From Diplonema japonicum (taxonomy: Eukaryota > Protista > Euglenozoa: Diplonemea), in the NCBI GenBank assembly GCA_964019335.1, contig OZ025727.1, positions 248,001-312,000 of the forward strand: a DNA stretch of 64,000 nt. Reading direction: 5' to 3'. Positions 42,101-51,900 of this stretch are shown here, piece by piece (the first letter of the stretch is position 1; each line of letters starts with the position of its first letter). Position numbers and translations under genes: made by a program. Below the pieces are notes generated by a model, which was not told where the DNA came from, did not search any database, and was given only the letters and a program-made list of their open reading frames with translations.

Positions 42101-44215
42101 GTGCTGACGAACACTGTCGACGCGGTGTCCTCTTCCTCTGTGAACGGGACGCTTTGGTATGTGGCAGACGGTGCGGCAGGCTTCAAGGTTTACAACACTA
42201 CTTTCTCCACCACACAACCCATCATCGCTGTTGGGACTGTGAGTAAGGTTTACAAGGTTGTTCCTTTCAAGCAGTACCTCCTTGTGGCCAATTGGGTCGA
42301 TGGGCTGAAGCTGTACAAGGTTGACACAGAGTCGAGGGTTGCAGAGCTGCTTGCCCGTCTTGAGACTTCTGAAGCGATCTACGACGTTGTCCTCGAACCA
42401 GAGACGATGAAGGGCTACATGGCGGAGGGCAGGCGGGGGATCTCTTCCTTCAACTTCGGTACACTTGACAAGATCACTGTCACAAGCACAGTGGACCTCG
42501 TTGACTCCGTCTTCCTTTCCCTGACTGAGTACAGTGGCTCTGGGTACATCCTTGCTGGGGACAGAACTGGCCTTCTCTCTGTTATTGAACTCATCAAGGA
42601 GGTACCGATGTACCTGGAGAGCCCGTGGCCTGAGTACGCTGTAGGGGTGGGGTTCGAGACGAAGCTGACACCGAAGGAGGTTGCGAGCAGGGAGGCGACC
42701 TCTGTGGAGGTGAGGTCGGTTGTGCGGATCGCAAGCGGTCGGGAGGCGGCTTGGCCTGAGTGGCTGGAGTACTCGGACCCCCTGCTGCTTCGGGGGACTC
42801 CTCCAAAGGAGCTGACTGGGCAGGAGGTGGTGTTGAAGTTCGCGGTGGAGCTCCCGAACGGGGCAGTTCACGAGGTCTTCTACACGCTGTCGATCGTACC
42901 GAGTCTGAAGGTTCGGAACGAGCTTGGGAAGCCGCAGGTGGTGACACCGGCGAACACTGGGGTGGCGACGCTGCAGCTGGAGGCACCTCGGTCAGGGGAG
43001 TTCCTCCCGGAGCAGGGGGCTGTGTCGGTGACATCGAAACCTGTTGAAGGGAGCCTGCGGGTCTACGGTCCTGTTCCCGACCTGAACGACTTCCTGAAGG
43101 GGCTCCGGTTCGACCTGAAGGAGCCTTCGGAGAACCTGTCGAGGGTGACGCTGCTGGTGACGGACGACGTGAACCAGGGGGCTGTGCAGTACAACATCAC
43201 GGTGGCGGACCTGAAGTTCAACATGCGTCCTGTTTTTGAGGGCAACAAAAACAACACCAACAACAACAACAACTGGGACCCAACAGCGACAACAGGACAA
43301 GGCTTTCGCTTCCAACTGGTTCCTATCCGGGTGTCGGACCCCGATGGGGACGCGCTGACCCTGTCTGCTGTGGAGGTGGGTCGGCAATCCCTCCCCGGGT
43401 GGCTGGAGCTGGACCCGTCTGGCTACTTCTACGGGGAAGCAACGGTGGAGGATGTGGGGACGGTTGAGATCAACTTGACGGCGAGGGACACCTACGGCGG
43501 GGAGACGTCTCGGGTCTTCAAGCTGCGGGTGAAGCGCTCCTTCTGGGACCTGTTCTGGTACGTGTTCTCAATTGTGGCCCCGATCGTGTCTGGGCTCGGG
43601 ATGCTGTACGGGGCTTGGGTGTACTACTCCCTTTTGTGGAACAACTTCGGGGGGAGGTGGTACTACTGGGAGGTCCCTCCTTCCCTGTTGTTGACCGGGG
43701 AGTGGTACCATGCGGAGAGGAAGAAGAAGAAGAAGGAGAGCAGGAGGATTGACCCGGAGAGCGTGCGAGAGATCCGGATGATGCGGCACATCAAACACTC
43801 CCTCGGGCAGAAGGTGCGGTCCCGGCTGAGGTGGGTCCTTCCCTCGGCGTACCTCCGGCACGAGCGACAAGAACCACTGGTGAACGGCGACAACCTCACC
43901 CCTTGGATCGAATACAACGAGCTCGCCCACACCTTCCGCCTTCTCTACGATGAGATCGACGACGACGACGCGGGCATCTACTACCTCATCGTCTTCGGCC
44001 GCTTCGACGACATCCTCCAGGAGATCCGCCTCGAGCCCGCCGTTGTGAAGTCCCAGGAGCACAGGCTTCGCACGGCAGAGAAGGCGTCTGTGAGCTTCAA
44101 GGACCTCCTCGAAGAGGCTGAGGTCGAGACCCCTTTGAGTCCCAACCCTTTGGGGTACAGGAGGATGTCGTTCTTGAAACCTGAAGCACAAAGTGAGGCA
44201 GACGTGCTCTTGTAG
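39146..44215 (+). CDS. Family B surface protein, copy 3
   Basis: Same architecture as 7488..12530. Confidence 0.92.
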   Translation: MYVQLLLTVLSLGQLNPSKCRGVYRRDAAAESGTLKYPNSGNNYPNNADYCWRIKSTKWIRLEWVSLDIEDITECVKADSCGFNPPCTQHSACSDALIAYDTSNLSGMTFCGMAASNIIWQPTSKGDVVFRFVSGPKTTGQGFTIKWSTCEAKPDTGYSIKMAPRCGGQIKNILTNPTGTLKHPVTGKYDHGENICWRILCNGQLSLTWKAVDVKSNTDIGCNKDKVTIYDSEETEHTLCRMPLDPIEYPPGEIVISFFSDVCDNGNGFEVSWSCGAWDYPTPPQKGTLVGVDCNAYSSDFSTSAGNLAYPSTPGLYGNNIKLCWRIQCGGQLTLTYHEMDLDDGVNCDNDHLAFEQQGLVRSNLYCGTAIPDYQPPIRGDLVVYFRSDSSQQKQGFNLSWVCDDSPDPPAPSNPGMQPPATQPPPLTACPIPATSAPDTLAPTDAPATPAPATAPPTDPPTTPFPPTDPPTTPAPATGLPATPAPATSAPLTQAPPTSEPGTPDTAAPTTPRPDTPTFVPVTVAPPTTGPTAVPTRSPGIVPTPAPPTETTETLNKTGIEEVLTSTGKTVIRTTDGGVTVVDKTEGGGGGGGFGGSVTVPGGPQTAVKVSGKTLVTGSANGTVSIVDIEKTPPTVKGSWTATGEVRSIAIGRSLLAVSDSAGLKIVSLRNPELPILMGELKVGYMQEMGFTEDATFLFGVPEGSGEVLMFDVRDPTRPSLKYSLEVKIPVSSVRVGRDEVFVCDSEGLKRFNTGTLPPSLALSQPGACGLLAATHERRYLFVSDPVTGGAANAKRITQYSLDPSLTADGLLFSRGPVLSMEVSADDRYLYVADSLGLQVFPLVRTNPGRLDNPLLKLVRTVQTGRRTNGAKVLDKSQMVVAADDEGLSSFFNIFDSKNSDGRKKWITGGATAVETSLDGRWGFYGKGSAVTVFEVVTLNTVTTVATPSEVRSMTRFAGVLYVTCKDGVYSYSLNDLPKVSFLSTVLTNTVDAVSSSSVNGTLWYVADGAAGFKVYNTTFSTTQPIIAVGTVSKVYKVVPFKQYLLVANWVDGLKLYKVDTESRVAELLARLETSEAIYDVVLEPETMKGYMAEGRRGISSFNFGTLDKITVTSTVDLVDSVFLSLTEYSGSGYILAGDRTGLLSVIELIKEVPMYLESPWPEYAVGVGFETKLTPKEVASREATSVEVRSVVRIASGREAAWPEWLEYSDPLLLRGTPPKELTGQEVVLKFAVELPNGAVHEVFYTLSIVPSLKVRNELGKPQVVTPANTGVATLQLEAPRSGEFLPEQGAVSVTSKPVEGSLRVYGPVPDLNDFLKGLRFDLKEPSENLSRVTLLVTDDVNQGAVQYNITVADLKFNMRPVFEGNKNNTNNNNNWDPTATTGQGFRFQLVPIRVSDPDGDALTLSAVEVGRQSLPGWLELDPSGYFYGEATVEDVGTVEINLTARDTYGGETSRVFKLRVKRSFWDLFWYVFSIVAPIVSGLGMLYGAWVYYSLLWNNFGGRWYYWEVPPSLLLTGEWYHAERKKKKKESRRIDPESVREIRMMRHIKHSLGQKVRSRLRWVLPSAYLRHERQEPLVNGDNLTPWIEYNELAHTFRLLYDEIDDDDAGIYYLIVFGRFDDILQEIRLEPAVVKSQEHRLRTAEKASVSFKDLLEEAEVETPLSPNPLGYRRMSFLKPEAQSEADVLL

Positions 44216-45290
44216 CTTTGCTACTTTGGGTGCGTTGTAAAGGTAGGTTGGGCTGTAATTTTCGGCTTGGGGGGAGGAGGGGTGATTATGTTAACTTGCT
44301 GCAAACCCTTACTCCTCCTCATTTTTCAATGCTTCCAACAGCAAAGTACCTTACAGGTAGGACGGAGCCCCCCATATCAGTGCCCCACACCGGCTGTCCC
44401 TGGCTGTCCCTGCTGTTTTTGCCGTGTTTCTCCCCCAGAAACCACAGGGAAAACGTCCGATCGGGATATACATAACGAAGACCAAAAAGAACAAAGTAGC
44501 AATTCCTTTGCACGAAAAGTGACGCCCACCGTCAGTCCAGAGTATCTGCTCCATTTTTTTCTTTATTTCTTTAACTCATCCACTTTTGATACCCCCCTCC
44601 CTCCCCCCCACTTGAAAGTGCGATCGAGGTCGAAAGAACGACCGAAAACGTAAAAAAGAAAAGTACTACATATTTAAAGGGTCGGGAAAAGTACTGTTCA
44701 ACCTGCTGGGACGCTAGTAGGAGCCATTGAAGGGTGCCTCTCGCCTATTTATTATACGATGAGGACAGCACCTGGAGGAGTCGCGGGATATGTCCGAAAC
44801 TGAGATATATCTAGTACTGACCATACCCCTCCCCTTTTTAGGGCATGCGGCTTTCGTCAGGGAGCCTGCATGTTAATTTGAATTTAAAGCCCCATAAGGT
44901 TCCACCCCCCCCCCCCCCCCCTAGAAACAGGAATACGTTTCCATATTTTTTTTGGGGGGCGTTTCCCCTAGATATCTGTAAAAATAAGGAAACCAGTTTT
45001 TCTGCCAACATAGCCGCCGCCCCTCCCATTTTGAACACTTGGGCACGTGTTCTTTTTTCTTTTTCTTTTTCTCTGCTCTATTTCAATTCTATCACACAAG
45101 ATGGATGGTCTGTCATGAGATGCAGGCTTGCTTTTTTATTGCATCTTTCTTTTCAACGTTTTAATCAGTGATTTGTTTTCTCTTTGCTCCTTTTTCTTTT
45201 TTTTTTTCTTCTCTTTTTTTTTTTTTTTTTATGTCGCCTGATCAAATGAGGGAAAGGAAATTCTCCGCTTCTAAAAAATAAAATAAAAAA

Positions 45291-45436
45291 GGCTGGGCGG
45301 GACACAAACGACAAGAATATGAACGCGCAACAGGCAACGGCAGAGGAAGCCGCGCAGCGTGTCTCGTGTACTCCTCCACGTGGCCCCAGCTGGATCTCGT
45401 ATGTGTGAAAACAAAATTCCCCCGGGGTTGCGTACA
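45291..45436 (+). ncRNA. HDV-like ribozyme, family 2, probably decayed
   Basis: P1 GGCUGGG(45291-97)/CCCAGCU(45385-91) with G1-U wobble. J1/2 stem CGGGACAC/GUGUCUCG. P2 UGUAC(45367-71)/GUACA(45432-36). P3 UCC/GGC with one mismatch. L3 UCCACGU. GG at 45392-93. P4 AUCUCG/CGGGGU. J4/2 is only UGC. Confidence 0.6.
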
Positions 45437-45771
45437 AGTAATAACTGCGATAGCGACAGCGGCATTACTCCCTAAGATGCGGGTCATCCACCCACTCCAT
45501 AATCTAAGTCAATGTTTCTCCCCCCCACCCTCTTTCCCCATCCCCCACCCCCGGGATGCCAAAAGGTCAGGCGCTTTTTTTTTTTTTTTTGGTTTTTTAT
45601 TTAATTCTGAGCAGCTCTCTTAAAGAATTTAGGCCGGAAGATAAAAATCAGGTTTCACTTTATTTCACGGGCGTGAAAATAAAGTATCTGATTTTTTTCC
45701 TCATGTTTTTAAGCCAAACGTTGCTGGGCGTGAAAATCAGGTACTTTATTTCACGCCCAGCAAAATGGGAA

Positions 45772-47291
45772 ACAGCAGCCCGTTCTCCCCTCCGAGTGAT
45801 GAGACGCTGAAGAAGCTAACAACGAGAGTGACCTGCAACCTATGGGGGCCTCACTTCCGAGGACGATCGCCTGCAGCGGTGAAAACGGTTTTGCTGAAAG
45901 GACACATCAATGACCCGTTGTCCTACGTCATCTGTCACTCGCTAAAAGTGATATCGAGCGCGCTGGAAAGGACAGGTCTTGGACAGAGAGTGCGACGAAT
46001 AGTGCAGGGGTACGGCTCACAGAGGACCCCCTTGGGACCGGTGGGGAATCTGATATGCAGGTGGATGCCGAGAATCGGATGGGACTGGGAGAAGATGGAA
46101 ATAGCCACAGAACTTGAGTGGCCCAAGCGAGGAAGCGCCTTCAGGGCGGCTGTAAGGGCAGCCAGGAGTGCGACACTAGCAACGGAACGGAAGACGGTCA
46201 GCGGACTCGGGGAGGGAGCAGATCCCAAAACGAATGACCTCTGGAGGACAGCTAAAGATCGCCATCTAGCTTTCTGTATCAAGAGGGTAATCGCGGGAGG
46301 GATCCCCTACCTGAGTCCGTATGCCAAAGCAGGACCAAAGTGTGTACCCCCCAATGAGGACGACGAGTCCGAGGGACGGAGCGAAGAAGAGGAAGATCAA
46401 GACGAGCCAGCGGCGCAGGAAGGACAAGACGAGGCGGGATTTGAATGTGACCTCTGCCCGACCAAGCATGCGGACACAGTATCACTGCTACGCCACCAGC
46501 TGTACGAGTGCCCGCCGGCACGAGAGGAGCTGATACGGGAGGAGATGGAACCACTGCGCGACAGGACGGGATGGCCGCTCTGCTTCGAGCTGCATGCCAT
46601 CCTACCAAGGGGGAACGGGTTCGAACACCTAGAGAAGCTGCAGCGATACCTGGCAATGGTGGTGGAAAAGCGGGACGAAGGGCTGATGCAGGCAGAAGGC
46701 GGCAACAAGAAGCTACCATGGGAGCGAGAAGTGACAGGCAAAGTGACCCCGGTACCGACGACAGCACAGCTGGGGACAGTGGCGGGACTGCTGGAGCAAT
46801 TCGGGGAACCACTACTGGAATGGATGGGAAAGCTGCGATGGGTGGAGGGCGACACCGACTCGGAGGTTTCGGCAGCTGAACTTGCACTCGACTTTGAGGA
46901 GACAACCGGTAAGTCACTGGGAGTCTACAACATGCAGAGGAAGGCACGCAGAATCAAGCTGTTGGTGGAGAGAGCCAACGCAGTGTGCAGAACGAGACGG
47001 ATAAGACGCCCCTTCCCAGCGGACGGGGCAAAGAGGGTCAAGTCGCTCACAGCGATCGGAGGCAAGGCTGCAATAGGCTTTAACAGGAGACCGATCTTCG
47101 CATCAAGACAGACAGCGCAAAAGCTACAGGAGTTGAAAGGGACATACAAGAAAGAACGCGTGTCGAAACTACGAAAAGCTTTAAAGGCGACAGTAGGAAC
47201 GAAGGCTATGCTCCAGAAAGGGAGCATTAATAGATAGGAACTCACACCACAAGAGGCTGTCCTCGAGTGGGATTGTCTTTTACTATGAGTT
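45772..47291 (+). mobile_element. LINE C-terminal half (no RT), subfamily B, open 490-aa frame, with 3' hairpin
   Basis: Collinear with the 17190-18416 protein (SPFSPP.DETLKKL..RVTCNLWGP, GPVGNLICRW, CDLC..H..EC) and continues to ..LQKGSINR*. Hairpin at 47239-47291. Confidence 0.85.
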
Positions 47292-47298
47292 TTTTTGT

Positions 47299-47346
47299 TC
47301 TTCCTGAACGGTGAGCACCCACCCGCACACCGAAATTTATCAATTT
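47299..47346 (+). repeat. GAACRGTGAGCACC motif, copy 3
   Basis: Directly follows the LINE tail; matches 21891-21940. Confidence 0.8.
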
Positions 47347-48087
47347 TCTTTTTTTTTTTCTCTTTTTTTTTGTTTTTTTTGAGTGCTTAAAAAGTGCCTG
47401 ACCTTTTTTGGCATCCCGGGGGGTGAGGAAAGAGGGGGGGGGGGGGGGGGAATTGATAATTTGATTGGGCATGAAGCAATTTACGCAATTTAGCTTTTGA
47501 TGTTAGCTCAAAAGGCTGAAACTCGGGAAGAACGGAATGTGAGTAGCTCACCCTAAGGTCTAACAATGACAAAAAGGAGCGCCGCTCGTGAAACTAATGA
47601 AAATGCTAGATAGAGAAATTTTTAAAATTTTTTATTTTAGGTTTTTAAAAATAGAGAAAAACAGCGTACACGGTAACCAAATAACTTTTTTCCACTCAAG
47701 TCTGTAAGCAGAATTTCCACCACTGTTTATGCGGGAGCAAGCTACCCCCCCCACCAAAGACCCAAATTCTCCTCTTTTTAGTGAACATGAGATCTCTTTT
47801 GTTGTAACTTTCACCCACTTATTTTTTTTTCCCTTTCTAATTATGTTGACAAATGGGGAGCAAGGGCCGCCAGATAGTCGAACGGGGAGTCATTACCCTG
47901 TGAAGCTTGACGGTCTCCACTGAACCGGCTTCGGGTTTCTGATGTGTTCAAGCCGTGGAGGAGGGTCGAAACCTAGGAACGAAACTGGTGCCTTGCGATT
48001 TGTCAAAGTGTCTCTGTTAAAGTATTTCTTCACCTAATTTCTGGCCATATAAGAAAAAGTAGCTCTTTCTCATTTATTTTATTTTAT

Positions 48088-48422
48088 GGCCCTAATCGTA
48101 AAGATAAACGCAGCGTGCAGGGCACGGAAGAAGCGACGCCCCTTCCCAGCGGATGAGCAGAAAAGGGTGAAATCCCTCATCGCCATAGGAGGAAAGGCAG
48201 CTATAGGCTTCTCCAGGAGGCCCATTTTTGCTACCCAGTCCACGCACGACAAGCTGATGGATTTGAAGGCCGCCTACAAGCGGGATCGCATCACACGACT
48301 CCGCAAGACGCTCACAGCCACAATCGGGATGAAAGCAACGCTCCAGAAGGGGAGTATTAACAGATAGACCCCCCCCTCCCATAGGGCGGCCCTCTAGCGG
48401 GGGGCTTGTCCTGTACTTTGAG
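48088..48422 (+). mobile_element. 5'-truncated LINE 3' end, subfamily C
   Basis: ALIVKINAACRARKKRRPFPAD..LQKGSINR*. First 45 nt are identical to 18372-18416. Hairpin ATAGGGCGG/TTGTCCTGT. Confidence 0.8.
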
Positions 48423-48905
48423 TTTTATAGAAAATTAGCATAACCCTTCTCACTGAACAGAGAAGAACAGCAAAGCAAGGAAGGAAAGGAGGAAAAAGGC
48501 TGGATGGTTTAAAAGATTCAAGAGCGGCCTGTAGCCCGAACCAAACCGGAGTGCGAGGAAAGTCAGAGCACGTAGGTGTGAGACAAGACAAGGAAGGCCC
48601 TTGAAAGGAATGGAACCGAGCACAAAGGGGAGGGGAGGGCCGCAGCATTAATCGGATAAACCAGAAAGGAAAAGAAAAAGATGCCGTGAAAAGGGGGGTG
48701 CTAATGATTTGTACTTTACAGGAATTGACGGAAAGAGTAGTGGCTGGGAGGGCTTTCGGGCCTGACGGCTGATGCAGAGGGTGCGCGTTGACGGCCTATT
48801 ACCGATATACGTCCACCTTAAAAAGCTCTTCTCTTCTTTTTTTTTTTTGTAGTTTGCTGCTTTGTAGTTAATTTAAACCAAACAGGTCCCCCCCCCCCCC
48901 CCCAT

Positions 48906-51900
48906 ATGCATGTGCAGCTGTTGTTGGCGGTGCTGTCACTGGGGCAGCTCGACCCCCAAGCGTGCAATGGGGTCTACAGCATAGACACAACAGCTGAATC
49001 GGGCACATTGAGGTACCCTAACATCGGGCAGTACGAGAACAATGCAGACTACTGCTGGCGTATCAAGTCGACGAAGTGGATCCGGCTGGAGTGGGTGTCT
49101 CTGGACATCGTGGACATCACTGGGTGTGTAGCGACTGACTCGTGCTCTGCATTATACCCCTGCAGGCAGAATTCAAAATGCAGCAGCGACGCTCTCATCG
49201 CTTATGACACTTCGAACTTCCCAGGGATGACCTTCTGCGGGAGTGGGGTAAGTAATGTCACCTGGCAGCCCACCTCAAAGGGTGATGTGGTGTTCAGGTT
49301 CAAAAGCAACTCCAAAACAACAGGACGGGGCTTCACTGTCAAATGGTCCACCTGCGAAGTGAAACCCGACACTGGCTACTCCGTGGAGAGGGCTCCTCGT
49401 TGCGGTGGGCAGATCAAAAATATCTTGACCGACCCTACAGGCACACTTAAGTACCCTGCTGCTGGCTCGCAATATGATTCTGGTCAGAACGAATGCTGGC
49501 GGATACTCTGCAACGGACAGCTCTCCCTCACGTGGAAGGCTGTTGATGTAAAAAGCGACTCTACCAGCGGCTGCAATAAAGACAAGGTCACCATCTACGA
49601 CAGTGAAGAAACTGAACACACACTGTGCAGAATGCCTCTCGATCCTATTGAGTACCCTCCTGGTGACATCGTCATCAGCTTCTTCTCTGATGTCTGTGAT
49701 ACCGGTAGTGGCTTTGAGGTGTCGTGGTCGTGCGGGGCATGGGACTACCCTACCCCTCCGCAGAAGGGGACCCTTGTCGGTGTTGACTGCGGCATTTATT
49801 CCAGTGACTTCTCCACTTCGGCTGGCAACCTTGCTTATCCCTCTGTTCCTGGCTTGTACGGCAATAATATCAAATTATGCTGGCGCATCCAGTGTGGCGG
49901 GCAACTCACCCTCACCTATCACGAGATGGATCTTGATGATGGCGTGAATTGTAATCACGACCATCTTGCATTCGAGCAGCAAGGGCTTGTGCGTTCTAAC
50001 TTGTACTGCGGTACAGCTATTCCTGACTACCAGCCTCCCATAAGGGGCGACCTTGTTGTCTACTTCAGAAGTGACGATTCGCAGCAAAAACAAGGATTCA
50101 ACCTGTCGTGGGTGTGCGATGACTCACCGGACCCTCCTGCTCCATCAAACCCTGGAATGCAGCCCCCGGCAACACAGCCGCCACCTTTGACAGCCTGTCC
50201 CATACCCGCCACATCTGCACCGGATACTCTGGCACCTCCAACTGATGCACCTGCAACCCCAGCTCCACCAACGGACCCTCCCACAACACCATTTCCAGCA
50301 ACAGACCCTCCTGCAACCCCAGCTCCACCTACAGACCCCCCTACAACCTCAGCTCCAGCAACAAATGCTCCTTTAACCCAAGCTCCACCAACTTCAGAAC
50401 CAGGCACTCCAGACACAGCCGCCCCCACGACACCACGCCCCGACACCCCAACGTTCGTCCCTGTGACTGTGGCACCCCCCACCACAGGACCGACAGCGGT
50501 GCCAACAAGGAGCCCTGGGATTGTTCCAACACCCGCCCCCCCGACAGAGACGACAGAGACCCTCAACAAGACGGGGATCGAGGAGGTTCTGACGAGCACT
50601 GGGAAGACTGTGATTCGCACAACGGACGGCGGGGTGACAGTGGTGGACAAGACTGAAGGTGGTGGTGGTGGTGGGTTCGGCGGCTCGGTGACTGTCCCTG
50701 GAGGCCCTCAGACTGCGGTGAAGGTGAGCGGAAAGACTCTGGTGACGGGGTCAGCGAACGGGACCGTGTCCATCGTTGACATTGAGAAAACCCCCCCCAC
50801 TGTGAAGGGGAGCTGGACGGCGACGGGGGAGGTGCGGAGCATCGCCATCGGGAGGTCCCTGCTGGCGGTGTCGGACAGTGCTGGGCTGAAGATCGTGTCC
50901 CTCCGAAACCCCGAGCTTCCCATCCTGATGGGGGAGCTGAAGGTGGGCTACATGCAGGAGATGGGGTTCACGGAGGACGCGACCTTCCTGTTCGGGGTTC
51001 CCGAGGGCTCTGGGGAGGTGCTGATGTTCGACGTGAGGGACCCGACGCGGCCCTCGCTGAAGTACAGCTTGGAGGTGAAGATCCCCGTGTCGAGCGTGAG
51101 GGTGGGAAGGGATGAGGTGTTCGTGTGCGACTCGGAAGGGCTGAAGCGCTTCAACACGGGGACCCTGCCCCCTTCCCTCGCCCTCTCGCAACCGGGGGCG
51201 TGCGGGCTCCTTGCGGCGACACACGAGAGGCGGTACCTGTTCGTGTCGGACCCCGTGACAGGAGGGGCCGCCAATGCGAAGCGCATCACACAGTACTCCC
51301 TCGACCCCTCGTTAACAGCGGACGGGCTCCTCTTCTCAAGGGGACCTGTTCTCAGCATGGAGGTGTCGGCGGACGACCGGTACCTCTACGTTGCGGACAG
51401 CCTGGGCCTGCAGGTGTTCCCGTTGGTGCGGACGAACCCTGGGCGTCTTGACAACCCTTTGCTGAAGTTGGTTCGGACTGTGCAAACAGGAAGGAGGGCA
51501 AACGGGGTGAAGGTCTTGGACAAGTCACAAATGGTGGTCGCAGCTGACGACGAGGGGCTCAGCAGCTTCTTCAGCATCTTCGACTCGAAGAACTTAGATG
51601 GGAGGAAGAAGTGGATCACTGGTGGGGCGACAGCTGTGGAGACATCTCTGGACGGACGGTGGGGTTTCTACGGGAAGGGGAGTGCTGTGACTGTGTTCGA
51701 GGTGGTGACGCTGAACACTGTGACGACTGTGGCGACACCTTCTGAGGTGCGGTCGATGACACGGTTCGCTGGTGTGCTGTACGTCACCTGCAAAGATGGT
51801 GTCTACAGCTACAGTCTGAATGACCTTCCGCTGGTCTCGTTCCTATCGACGGTGCTGACGAACACAGTCGACGCGGTGTCTTCTTCCTCTGTGAACGGGA

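Larger units (their letters stand above)
45520..47450. repeat. ~60-bp inverted repeats bracketing the LINE fragment
   Basis: CACCCCCGGGATGCCAAAAGGTCAGGCGCTTTTT (45546-45579) versus the reverse complement of AAAAAGTGCCTGACCTTTTTTGGCATCCCGGGGGGTG (47389-47425), extending into CCCTCTTTCC/GGAAAGAGGG. Confidence 0.7.

Noticed and set aside
48405-48425. CTGTACTTT resembling part of a euglenozoan spliced leader
   Set aside because: Match is too short and lies within a LINE 3' hairpin; no SL RNA gene is evident.
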